Shown here: in pieces, positions 17,101-23,816 of the stretch
Layout: every line of letters starts with the position of its first letter
Numbering within the stretch: position 1 is the stretch's first letter
DNA from: Bacteroidetes bacterium HGW-Bacteroidetes-6
GTDB lineage: Bacteria; Bacteroidota; Bacteroidia; Bacteroidales; DTU049
Assembly: GCA_002842495.1 (NCBI GenBank)
Contig: PHDB01000011.1
Coordinates: 4,210-68,209 of the forward strand
DNA length: 64,000 bases
Direction: 5' to 3'
Program-made: the position numbers and the translations under genes
The notes under the pieces: model-generated
What the model saw: only the letters and a program-made list of their open reading frames with translations
Database searches by the model: none
Told to the model about the DNA's origin: nothing

Positions 17101-18837
17101 AAGCGTTGTCCAAACTTCGAGTGAATTGAACCCCTCATTGTTAAATACTGTTGAACCAATAGTAATATCAGTCGAAATTCCATCCTGCAACAAAGAACCT
17201 GTCCATAAATATGGGGTCTGAAGAATACCATTGACCGACCAGTTTATAGTAGTGCTTGTAAGAGCATCGGAACCGACATTCTTAATCTTTACTTTTACAT
17301 CAACAGGCGTAGAGGCGTCCAGAATAGTTGATGTAAGAGGTTCGGCTATTTCTGCCATGGCTACATCATTTGTAGTGTTGCTTATGGCAAAAGTGATTTT
17401 CAAATTGGGGCGATACGAAGTTGATGTAGTACCAACAGATGTTGGAAAAACATTGCTATATGTATCGTTGTACTTGTACTTCGCTTGAATAAGCGGCGAG
17501 GTTGACGTATAGGCGAATGATGGGTAGCCAGTGGTATATGAACCATCACGGTTTATCCAGTAAATCATTAGATGATCATGGCCATTGTAATAAAAAGGAC
17601 TGACAGCATGGAAACTATGCCATCCTCCGCCGTTCCAAGTTGCCGTTCCTGCATAGAAAGTTGCCATACTGGCACTATCAGGCATATTGCCGTTCGCAAA
17701 AACCGAATCAGGAATACAGGCAACCATTATTCTCTGGTTATCCATTATATAATTTGCCGGAGTATTGGCCACATAGTAGGATAAAGAGTCAATAAGTCCT
17801 GCTATCCCAATTTCAGTTGCAGTATAAACTGTTGCAGACCAACTCCAGTTGTAATTTCCATGTGTAGGAATATATGATGTTGTACTTGTACCTGTTCCAA
17901 TTATAACAACCGGTGGCGCTTGTTTGGTGTAAAACCACAAGGCTGTTGTAGAATCAATATTTTGGGCAATCGAACCATCGATTGCAACTATGTGATAATC
18001 GACATGCGAACCATAAATCTGAGCAGGAATGGTAGCACTCATGGTGTCAACCGAAACAACATTCATTCCCAGCGTGTCGCTTAGTCCACCATTAACTGAG
18101 TAAACAACGTAGGCAGTATCAATTCCTGATAAATCGGATATTTTGGCAATTACCGGGAAAGGTCCGGTAGAAAACACGGTGTCCTGCCAAATGGTTGGGA
18201 GCTGTACAAGTGTTGGTGGTGTTAATTCGGAAAGAGCAATGGTAACTTTAATATCGTCGAGCAACCAACCATAGTTTTGATTGGGGCCGTTATTATTTAG
18301 GTCGGTAAGGGTAAAACGAAATCTCACATCGGCTTGATTGCCTACTAAGGTTCCCAAATTATAGGTTTCGTGCTTCCACCATGTATTTGTTGGAATGGCT
18401 GAACCCGTTGCTGCCTGCCAATCGGTAACATATGAATTTGCATTGAATCGATTTGCTGTTAAAACTCCAGAGCCTAAATAATAAGCGGAAGTTACAGTTG
18501 TCCATGTGCTTCCCCCATCTATAGAATACTCAATATAACCACCGTCAAAGTATTCAATTTTGCAAATCTGGTCAAACTCCAGTATGACACTGTAATTTCC
18601 AATTGTACTGAACGAATTGGTGGTTAGGTAACTCGAACCAGTCATTGGCACTGCTGCCGTGTCGGAGTAAGCTCCTGTTGCGAAAAGAGTTGTTGAACGA
18701 TCCCAGGTGGTACTCCCACTGCTGGTAACATCTAGGGGCAGACTTTCGAAATCTTCCGAAAAAACTACCGTTTGAGATTTTACAGACGTCGTCGCCAGTA
18801 AAATTCCCAAAATCAAAAGGGTTAGTTTTGCTATCAT
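8131..18837 (-). CDS. Giant (3568 aa) modular cell-surface protein, T9SS type A cargo. It has a signal peptide, three jelly-roll (MAM / choice-of-anchor-J-like) domains, about eight CARDB-like domains, three right-handed beta-helix modules, two duplicated Ig+jelly-roll units and a Por-secretion C-terminal domain.
   Basis: This is a single uninterrupted ORF. The signal peptide is MIAKLTLLILGILLATTSVKSQ. Jelly-roll domains open with FSEDFES..W, GFEANEDYNAW and DDFETVDYW. CARDB-like segments recur with the pattern NxGxxxxxxxxIxWSVNGxxQxxxxWTGxL. Asn/Gly/Ser-rich beta-helix turns appear in three blocks, each ending in TDIDGDxR...IGADE(F/Y). The C-terminus LSLNPNPATDYTMLEF...GMYFWKLL..GKLIITR is a T9SS sorting domain. 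Confidence 0.9.
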   Translation of the reverse strand: MIAKLTLLILGILLATTSVKSQTVVFSEDFESLPLDVTSSGSTTWDRSTTLFATGAYSDTAAVPMTGSSYLTTNSFSTIGNYSVILEFDQICKIEYFDGGYIEYSIDGGSTWTTVTSAYYLGSGVLTANRFNANSYVTDWQAATGSAIPTNTWWKHETYNLGTLVGNQADVRFRFTLTDLNNNGPNQNYGWLLDDIKVTIALSELTPPTLVQLPTIWQDTVFSTGPFPVIAKISDLSGIDTAYVVYSVNGGLSDTLGMNVVSVDTMSATIPAQIYGSHVDYHIVAIDGSIAQNIDSTTALWFYTKQAPPVVIIGTGTSTTSYIPTHGNYNWSWSATVYTATEIGIAGLIDSLSYYVANTPANYIMDNQRIMVACIPDSVFANGNMPDSASMATFYAGTATWNGGGWHSFHAVSPFYYNGHDHLMIYWINRDGSYTTGYPSFAYTSTSPLIQAKYKYNDTYSNVFPTSVGTTSTSYRPNLKITFAISNTTNDVAMAEIAEPLTSTILDASTPVDVKVKIKNVGSDALTSTTINWSVNGILQTPYLWTGSLLQDGISTDITIGSTVFNNEGFNSLEVWTTLPNGVADELTLNDTMNATYFACAGPLVGNYTIGATASDFGSFTEARLALMNCGISGPVVFDVASGVYQEQVSFSYINGSSATNTITFRSASGNYSDVTLRYAASVTGDNFVLYLDSASNMRFEDMTLEALGSSYTNVLTYTNGSANNIFDGNRFLSVENSSSTSSNNAVIYSPSGSTSVDTMNVFSNNLIENGSYGMYLGGGSATALERGTVVSHNRITNSGYRGIYLIYMDAPVADSNTVISHASSSTSFYGIYAGTCDNALQITNNTVINQNSGYAMYISSCDGSAANTGLIANNMISVDGAASSYGIYHSSNSYQNYYYNSVNVLSNYSTARALYSTGSTTNNNYRNNIFAYTGPNSSGYAVYISTVAGVSSMDYNDLYSTGSSLGYWSAARANLAAWQLASSQDANSVSVDPGFTSATDLHASSPSIFAKGTPVASITTDIDGDSRSLTTPCIGADEFIVYFKNIAIQSIDAPISNCGLTTVENVTVTAVNVGLDTIFTFDAYFVIDGGTPVHETINDTIAPLDTYTYTFTATADLSAAGIHSIDAYFSQPGEQNTGNDTITGYIIENGWDFASGPYTMGFEANEDYNAWTVYNEDGGSYTYQNHYSSSTYAHTGSYSARYYNGSSNTGEDWLFSRCFTLTAGKVYKLSFWYRAESASYPQSFSLYYGQGNTPSGMSTLLNSYTNFTNTSHNESVIYFTVPINGSYNLGFIGQSPASAYYHYIDDINLSVASDKDAALIGITSPNSGCGLSNSEPVTIQVVNYGNDIINGNLTAYYQVNGGSVVSENVTQTINPLDTADFTFATTIDMSVTTTDSIFNINAWVSLVNDTLNGNDSTNTWAFSGHIATDPIVTNATIPYGQSATLTATATDTVFWYTDNITATPFHQGETYITPLLTDTTTYYVEAKSSSGYMFVGAADTTIGTISTTASTTYRMLFDVLNPFGVTIKTVDIFPNVASGTAYTIIVQDANLDTVATYSAVTTVNANQKEIVPLDFYIPEGTDYRIGFSVCPSMHRNTTGSNYPYTIANELSITGSTYSTYYLYLYNWKIISASCPSNRIPVTAFVLPPAAEFGMDSIISPMAGCTHGSEDVSVQFINVGADTLDIPFSLSYQVNATTPITEIVNYIMLPGDTIVHTFSTPISLPLTTGDTTYSLTVWGDMAIDTYPANDTLIKTITNSFIPPVPIVTNDTVPYATIATLTASSPYTISWYNQPVGGSPFNTGTSYTIPHLFADSTYYVSVNEGSSTYVGPYDYSIGTSSTYANTTYRLVFDVLNPSGVDIESVDIFPSVAAGAAYTIVVENASSAVIASYSGITTVASGQRETAPVNFTIPAGTGYKIGFSVSPGMYRNTTGATFPYTFPNQLSITGNTFSGYPEYYYFIYNWLVSTGSACESDRIPVHAVVTGHPDNDAGVISVISPTTDIPLGSHGIDVNIRNFGLNTMTSVDIAWSVNGILQTPFNWTGSLLTGEEDTVTIGSYTFNYTPYPGMNDIVAWTENPNALADTVGINDTASYSVSAHDPYNGTYYIMATTGDFDSFGTAATALQDWGVDGPVTVLAENGTYDEQIMLNQIPGVTDINTLTFGSVSGVNTDVVLQYAAAGSTDNYVLKLAGSDYVTFENMTIRSTTASTYGRVVELSDTANYNHFDNNIIESIVTTSTNASAVYCYTTGAETGNVFENNLILNGDYGVYFYGSSSKKKSGNKFINNTISGWNNYGLYAYYNDSISIIGNTFENSPASSTNYHIYSGYNDNGSRIENNNIQGTGSGTFYGMYLYYNNVSATIPNTVVNNFISQTGSAFGTAYGLYAYNSNYLNIYFNSVNIGAGSTSGGRAVYQNGGTSNINIANNNLANTSAGYALYSATPAAINNIRNNNIYTNGTTLAYWSIDVSNIANLQAISSMNQNSISVSPGYYLPNDLHTAQFALYAAGTPIAGIATDIDGDVRDVLAPTIGADEYIPSATDAGIVKFDEPAFSTTPGLNDFSVTLANYGTADLVSADIAWTLDGTPQATFSWTGTITFGNETDSIVIGSVSMLPGVHRAKAWSEAPNAGIDMNNYNDTATYEFVVCDGGLKGTYTIGATGDFGSFHDAVLYANTCGIDSIVVFEVETGVYDETVNIPNFPGSSSTNTVTFISQTGNATDVVLQPTTLSFDFTIVNFNNAQYITWQNMTLDATAFTSAVGFSINNASKAITIDGNIVEMPDVTTGTVNVTGIYDATSLDTNLVVTNNVINNGSYGIYIAGNGTSSLQPGSIISGNTTNSTSNYGIRAYNLDSPIISSNTVNVDGSVYSSCYGMYIGYCDNNLQVIGNSMYMESTGSDYGLYLNSNDASSTAHSVVANNFVSMNGTGGAANSAVYFTTNTYMDFVFNSINSYDTYATSRAIYVTGGSNNISKNNILAATGGGLAAYFSTTTSFIESDYNDLYSSGAVLAYHGGDVADLAAWQAASSKDANSLSVDPLFVGNDDLHVYLSTLNTVATPITGITTDIDGDLRDVTPDIGADEFTPQPIDLGITALLKPTFSYGLTTDSDTVKVKVFNFGSTTATSFSITYTLNGTIVATQPWTGNLIQGTSTDVEFTTHFSPIAGLNDLEVYVSIASDGDHSNDTANTTYKGIPTLNLPTTDDFETVDYWGANSTTDGWELGAPAGMLINSAYSPVNAWVTNLDGAYGMNQTIYLYTPVYSFYGVFDAELSFYHWYDADANDGGFIEYSNNGGLTWNNLGTQNDPNGTNWAPSNVSTGYGWSGTSAGWVQSSINLSAFNNSPFGVQFRFVFYSDFAGTNGEGWAIDNFEIFVPTPAVDAGVVEIVSPSGTLTPGVGEPITVKISNFGTDTLYSVPVVAKANTGQPPVNATWTGTLYPGDTATYTFPSNYTPLAITTFEFCSYTDLASDFTVLNDTSCVTLLTNVGIDENRLVDLSLNPNPATDYTMLEFEAQKTEAATIQITTADGKIVREIEIGIATGANSFRIETADLAAGMYFWKLLRSNNVREGKLIITR
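9607..10915 (-). repeat. Beta-helix module 3 of the giant protein
   Basis: It starts at VCDGGLKGTYTIGATGDFGSF and ends at TTDIDGDLRDVTPDIGADEF. Confidence 0.6.
11240..12550 (-). repeat. Beta-helix module 2 of the giant protein
   Basis: It starts at DPYNGTYYIMATTGDFDSFGT and ends at ATDIDGDVRDVLAPTIGADEY. Confidence 0.6.
12880..13555 (-). repeat. Duplicated unit B inside the giant gene
   Basis: The unit reads IVTNDTVPYATIATLTASS...TTYRLVFDVLNPSGVDIESVDIFPSVAAGAAYTIVV...DRIPVHAVV. A CARDB-like domain separates it from unit A. Confidence 0.6.
13900..14560 (-). repeat. Duplicated unit A inside the giant gene (Ig-like plus jelly-roll)
   Basis: The unit reads IVTNATIPYGQSATLTATA...TTYRMLFDVLNPFGVTIKTVDIFPNVASGTAYTIIV...NRIPVTAFV. 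It is colinear with unit B. Confidence 0.6.
15721..17045 (-). repeat. Beta-helix module 1 of the giant protein (about 1.3 kb internal repeat, diverged)
   Basis: It starts at ACAGPLVGNYTIGATASDFGSF and ends at TTDIDGDSRSLTTPCIGADEF. It has the same layout as modules 2 and 3. Confidence 0.6.
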
Positions 18838-19353
18838 TGTTGTTTATGTTAGTTGTTTCGTTTTTTAAGCAATTTGCTATTTGCGAATTTACGAAAAGAA
18901 TGTGTGCGTTTTTGATGTTTTTAGCTTTGATAAATTGATAAATGACAATAAAGCCTTATCATGACCTTAATATAATTTGTTATAATCTGATATACAGTAT
19001 TTTAAAATTGATACTATTTGAGTATGATAATTGTCATTGTGTAAAAATATAAGTCATACACCGTCAAAAATATATAATTAATAATGAATAAAGTGTTGTT
19101 CGAAATTTTCGAGTTTATGACTTCGACAAAATGTTGTATATTTCAAATGAATCTTTTTAAATTTGTGTCAAAAAAAACATAATTTATTTGTTATGATATT
19201 GTATAGGCGATTGGTTTAAATATTTGCTTTGATTTTTTTGATGATTTTTTCATTTGAACAAAAAAAAGAATTTTTTGAATGAAACCAGGTGAAAAATATT
19301 CGACTCCTTACAATGGAGAATAACGTTGACTTTTTATTATTGTCTTTTATAAT

Positions 19354-21264
19354 TTGAAAAATATCACTATTTTTGTCACCATAATCCGGAATAAAATTTT
19401 GAAAACGTACAGCATTTTATCTTTTGTATTATTGATTCTTATTCGGGGGGCATCTGTTTTTTCTCAAAACATAGTTTCTAAAGAGTTGACTCATGATGAG
19501 GCTGAATTAATTAATAAGGCCACGACACTTCTCGATGTAAATCCAAGTGAATCAATAATATATTCTCGAAAAGCTTACCTTCAGGCTCAGATTGATGGTG
19601 ATACATTGCAGATGAGCGAAGCACTGCGACTTTATGCTAAAGCCTCCTACAGTATTAATAATCCGGATTCAGCAAAAGGAGCTGTTTTGAAATCGATAGA
19701 ATTGGTTAAAAATGTTTATGCTTGTCAATATGCGTTGTCGTTGATGACTTATGCTGATTTTTTACGTCTTGGAGGGGAACCTTTGAAATCGATTGGAATG
19801 CTGAAGCAATCAGCTCAGATTTTGTTTGTGTGCGGTAGTGTTGATAATTTCATGAACGCTCTTTATCTTTTGGGACAAAGCTACGACATGGCTGGCTTTG
19901 AAACTGAAGCTATCAATACTCAAAATGCATTGCTTCGGTTAGCAAAAGCACATAATAATTATTTTTATCAGTTCAAAGCAACCAATTCATTGCTTATTGT
20001 ATTCATGAAAGTCGGCAAAAGTCCAATAGAACTTTTTGAACAAATGATGTTTGCTGCAAATAAAAGTGAAGATCCTGATTTACAGACTTCTGCATGGAAC
20101 AATATGGCCAATTATTATGCAAGTATCGGCGAAACTGACAATTCGCTTTTTTGCTATAAAAATGCGCTCGATATTGCAATGAAATATGATGACAATGAGA
20201 ATATTGCTCTTATCAGTCTCAACCTTGTTCTTTATTATGTACGTCACAACGAAATGGAAACGGCTGAAGTATATTTCGAAAATGCTCAGGTTCGTGAAAA
20301 TTATATTGTCCATTTCACATGGCGCAGTATTTATCTTGGTCTGAAAGCAAGGTTCTCGGAACGGCATGGTGATATGGATCTGGCGGCTAAGGAACTGATC
20401 GAAGCAATAGAGATCAATAAAAATGGACATAATTATCCCAATATGATAAGTCTGTGTCGATATACGGCAAGTTTTTTTAGCAGAACAGGCGATTTCGAAA
20501 AGGCTTATTACTATATGCAACAGGTTGCCGATTTGAGTGATAGTTTATATATCTTAAAAGGGAGTAAAGACGAAAACAATCTTTACTATAAGGTATTGCT
20601 CGATTTGGAAAAAGAAAAAGCACAGACAATATTTCTGAAGAATGAAAACCTGGAAAAAAATCGAAAAATATCGTATTTGTTGTTGATTTCTGCTTTAATT
20701 ATGATGATTCTTGGCGGGGTAGTGATGTATTTTCTTAGTAATCGCTTTCGACAACGAATCTTAAATGCAGAGCAACAAAAAGAGACTTTACTGGCTGCTC
20801 GTATTCGGTTGTCGAATGAATTGAAGGAGAAAAATAAAGAAATAGCATCGTTTGTGCTTAATCAGGTTATGGTTAATGAGCATAGTAACGATGTGATTGC
20901 CCAACTACGTCAGATAGGGCAGCGTTGCCCGAAAGATGTACAAAAAAAATTATTTGAACAGGCTGGGGTGCTTGCCAGTACACAGAATAAAAATATTTGG
21001 AAGGAATTTGATCATTATTTCCGGCAGGTCAATCCCGACTTTTTTTTGCATTTAACATCAACTCATCCCGATTTGACTTCGCGCGATTTGCGATATTGTG
21101 CTTTACTCAGTTTACAACTTAGCTCGAAAGAGATGGCGATGATTACAGGAATGACTCTTCAGAGTATTCATGTATTACGTTCACGTTTACGTCAAAAGCT
21201 TAGTATAGAGAAGGATGAAGACCTTGGCGTTTATTTGTCCCGTTTCTCAAGCGGAAACGAATAA
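19354..21264 (+). CDS. Membrane-spanning TPR-repeat sensor fused to a LuxR/GerE-type HTH transcriptional regulator
   Basis: The N-terminal hydrophobic segment is YSILSFVLLILIRGASVFS. A long TPR-like helical repeat region follows, then an internal TM helix ISYLLLISALIMMILGGVVMYFL and a coiled-coil. The C-terminal HTH is DLTSRDLRYCALLSLQLSSKEMAMITGMTLQSIHVLRSRLRQKL. The start is uncertain: the track uses TTG at 19354, and TTG at 19399 is an alternative. Confidence 0.7.
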   Translation: MKNITIFVTIIRNKILKTYSILSFVLLILIRGASVFSQNIVSKELTHDEAELINKATTLLDVNPSESIIYSRKAYLQAQIDGDTLQMSEALRLYAKASYSINNPDSAKGAVLKSIELVKNVYACQYALSLMTYADFLRLGGEPLKSIGMLKQSAQILFVCGSVDNFMNALYLLGQSYDMAGFETEAINTQNALLRLAKAHNNYFYQFKATNSLLIVFMKVGKSPIELFEQMMFAANKSEDPDLQTSAWNNMANYYASIGETDNSLFCYKNALDIAMKYDDNENIALISLNLVLYYVRHNEMETAEVYFENAQVRENYIVHFTWRSIYLGLKARFSERHGDMDLAAKELIEAIEINKNGHNYPNMISLCRYTASFFSRTGDFEKAYYYMQQVADLSDSLYILKGSKDENNLYYKVLLDLEKEKAQTIFLKNENLEKNRKISYLLLISALIMMILGGVVMYFLSNRFRQRILNAEQQKETLLAARIRLSNELKEKNKEIASFVLNQVMVNEHSNDVIAQLRQIGQRCPKDVQKKLFEQAGVLASTQNKNIWKEFDHYFRQVNPDFFLHLTSTHPDLTSRDLRYCALLSLQLSSKEMAMITGMTLQSIHVLRSRLRQKLSIEKDEDLGVYLSRFSSGNE

Positions 21265-21405
21265 ATTTGTTTCTATTCCTCCCCCTCAAAAAAACTTCTT
21301 CAAAAGGAGTAGCTCTCAAAATTTCAATATTTGATTGGGCTGTGCATTGGTCGTCGGTAATATACTATCTGTTGATGTGATAATTTATGAGTATGATTAT
21401 GTTTT

Positions 21406-22701
21406 GTGCCAATAATTCCTAAATTTGCTCATTACCGGAAATTTTATAGAGAATCAGTGTCGCAAAAGAAAAAAAATTCAAAACATCAAACTCAGAAGGT
21501 CGTTGCAGCGCAGTACCGAAACGAATTTCATCGCAAAATGAAAATAATTATCGATTCATGCTGCGGAAAGGATATATATCCACTGATACCACAAAAGGTA
21601 CTCGATGATACTTACTTGTGTCGTACTTCGAATTTTAAATGTAAAGCTGCGACCGGAAATAAGATTTCTTCGAAAATCATCAAAGATGCAAAATCGTTTT
21701 TGGTCGAATTAATCCGGTCGCAACAATTTATTGTTCCTCCCAATGATCTTGAAATTTCGCTTGGCGATTATTTTACAATAGTTTCAACGATTGTGACATT
21801 GCAAACAAAATTGAAACATTATCAATTTGACAGGGTTGAAGAGGTGAGAGAAGCACTTAAAATAATTGTTGACGATACTGCAACCAAAGATCGGGCAAAT
21901 GTGATACTGTATAATTTATTCAGAACATTTGCTGTTGAGCAAAGCGATTTGCGGAATCAATTGTATTGGTATAAACACGATTTTGTGTTTCCTGAACACT
22001 TTCCGGCAGAAATAGAAAGCAGGATTGAAATATCTTCGGTAGCTCCGAAATCCATTACAGTGGAAATTGATGGAAAGTCAAGACCGGCAATGCGATTGGG
22101 CTGGGCTTTTCCTTTTTCCGGTCCTGTGTGGGTAAGCTTGAAGCCATCGCTTGAAAGTATTGTCAGTGATTTTTTCAACAACCCATTCGATGTATATATT
22201 CAATCACATGCATTGAATCGGTTGATTGAGCGGATTGATTGCTTTTGGATCGGACTGGTGCAGTTCAATATGTATGTGTCGTTTCTTAATGCTGTAATAA
22301 CGCGCGACAGCAACAATAACATTCTGGTAGAATATCGGTTTTTTGGAATTAAGGCTGGTTATTTCAGATTGGATATTATTGATGGTGTATTTGTTGTCAG
22401 GACTTTTCTTTTTGTGACGAACAGTGGAACGCCCGAAGGGCAGTTGCTCGAAAAAAATACCGGTTTGCAGAAACAGGATAAAAAATATCTGACTATTGAT
22501 AAATTGAGCTCCTTTATGAACTCAGATGTTGATGAAAATCAGGATGTTCAGCAGATATTCAAAAAATCTGGTTGTCAGTGTTTGCTCGATTTGTATGAAA
22601 AGATGAAACCTTTGGTTACTAAACATACTCAAACTTTTAATTCGGAATTGTTGCTGAAGTATTTACAGCGCTACGATGTGGGTAATACTGAAGGTTTATG
22701 A
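21406..22701 (+). CDS. Hypothetical cytoplasmic protein with no recognisable family
   Basis: This long ORF has no signal peptide or TM helix. The track start is GTG at 21406, and the ATG at 21538 (MKIIIDSCCGKD) is a plausible real start. I recognise no motifs. Confidence 0.45.
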   Translation: MPIIPKFAHYRKFYRESVSQKKKNSKHQTQKVVAAQYRNEFHRKMKIIIDSCCGKDIYPLIPQKVLDDTYLCRTSNFKCKAATGNKISSKIIKDAKSFLVELIRSQQFIVPPNDLEISLGDYFTIVSTIVTLQTKLKHYQFDRVEEVREALKIIVDDTATKDRANVILYNLFRTFAVEQSDLRNQLYWYKHDFVFPEHFPAEIESRIEISSVAPKSITVEIDGKSRPAMRLGWAFPFSGPVWVSLKPSLESIVSDFFNNPFDVYIQSHALNRLIERIDCFWIGLVQFNMYVSFLNAVITRDSNNNILVEYRFFGIKAGYFRLDIIDGVFVVRTFLFVTNSGTPEGQLLEKNTGLQKQDKKYLTIDKLSSFMNSDVDENQDVQQIFKKSGCQCLLDLYEKMKPLVTKHTQTFNSELLLKYLQRYDVGNTEGL

Positions 22702-22832
22702 AGTTGAATGATGTGCGAAATTTTGCACTGGCAAATTGTACTTGGTTGCTGTTTTAGTTGATCAGGGCTGAGATGAAATATCGACGCTCTCAGGTATAGA
22801 TTTGGAAGTGTACTTAAATTTTACGATGGCTT

Positions 22833-22864
22833 GATTATGGATAATCTATAAATGATAATTATCA
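22833..22864. promoter_or_regulatory. Fur-box-like operator made of two adjacent palindromes of GATAAT/ATTATC hexamers
   Basis: GATTATggATAATC (22833-22846) and TGATAATTATCA (22853-22864) lie 65-96 bp upstream of the ATG at 22929. They sit just upstream of a TAAATTTG -7 box. Confidence 0.35.
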
Positions 22865-22894
22865 CTTCCGATATGGCATTTTAATTCTATGATG

Positions 22895-22902
22895 TAAATT
22901 TG
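22895..22902 (+). promoter_or_regulatory. -7 promoter box TAAATTTG
   Basis: It matches TAnnTTTG and ends 27 bp upstream of the ATG at 22929. Confidence 0.3.
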
Positions 22903-22928
22903 GTACGAAAATACCTAAATAGATTGCC

Positions 22929-23807
22929 ATGAAACGCCAAATTATTGAAATTGATGAACAAAAATGTACAGGATGCGGTATTTGTACCCAGGGTTGTCAC
23001 GAAGGTGCACTGCAAATTATTAATGGAAAGGCTGTTTTGATAAGCGATTTGCTTTGTGATGGCCTTGGAGCTTGTGTTGGCGATTGTCCTGAAGGAGCTA
23101 TCACCGTTACTGAGCGTGAAGCAGAGCCATACAACGAAGAAAAAGTGATGCAACATCTTGTTACGAAAGGTTTTGATGTGGTTGTGGCTCATCTTAAACA
23201 TTTGAAAGAGCACAATGAGAAAGTATGGCTCGATACAGGACTCAGATGGTTGCAACTCAATAGCAGTTTGGCAGGTTTCGATGTAAATGCTGTTGTATCC
23301 GAATTGCAAGTTAAGGTTGTACCGACTCAGATGCACCATCACGGAGGCAGTTGTCCGGGTTCGGCTCATCGTGAAATGAAACGCGATTTTGGGTTGGCAG
23401 AATTATCTTCTGAACAACCTTCAACTCTCGAACAATGGCCGGTTCAGATGCATCTTATCAATCCGCAATCGTCGTCATTTACCAATGCCGATTTGCTTCT
23501 TGCAGCCGATTGTGTAGCTTTTTCGTTGGGCAATTTTCACGGCAAATGGCTGAAAGGTAAGAAGCTAGCCATAGCATGCCCGAAGCTCGATCAAGGAAAA
23601 GAAGTGTATGTCGAAAAGTTAAAAGTGATGATTGATGTTGCAAAAGTGAACACAATCACTGTAATGATGATGGAAGTTCCTTGTTGTCACAGCCTGTTGA
23701 ATTTAGTGCAGTTAGCCATAAACGATTCTGAGCGTACAGTTCCGGTAAAGAAAATTGTTGTTGGAATTGATGGAGCCATTCAACGCGAAGAATGGGTAAG
23801 CCTCTGA
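22929..23807 (+). CDS. 4Fe-4S dicluster ferredoxin-domain protein with a Cys-rich C-terminal domain
   Basis: Two ferredoxin-type cluster motifs CTGCGICTQGC and CDGLGACVGDCP lie in the first 60 aa. Further Cys motifs (GGSCPGS, ACPKLD, VPCC) occur downstream. Confidence 0.75.
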   Translation: MKRQIIEIDEQKCTGCGICTQGCHEGALQIINGKAVLISDLLCDGLGACVGDCPEGAITVTEREAEPYNEEKVMQHLVTKGFDVVVAHLKHLKEHNEKVWLDTGLRWLQLNSSLAGFDVNAVVSELQVKVVPTQMHHHGGSCPGSAHREMKRDFGLAELSSEQPSTLEQWPVQMHLINPQSSSFTNADLLLAADCVAFSLGNFHGKWLKGKKLAIACPKLDQGKEVYVEKLKVMIDVAKVNTITVMMMEVPCCHSLLNLVQLAINDSERTVPVKKIVVGIDGAIQREEWVSL

Positions 23808-23816
23808 ATTTATGTT

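Noticed and set aside
8439-17784. About 25 small ORFs (60-128 aa) on both strands inside the 8131-18837 region
   Set aside because: All of them lie wholly within the uninterrupted 3568-aa reading frame. Their translations are low-complexity or Cys/Arg-rich with no motifs. They are frame shadows of a long gene with biased composition.
18928-19036. An invertible-promoter (phase-variation) element upstream of the giant adhesin gene
   Set aside because: I found only an 8-bp inverted repeat (ATGACAAT / ATTGTCAT, about 80 bp apart), which is expected by chance in AT-rich DNA. No site-specific recombinase gene lies nearby.
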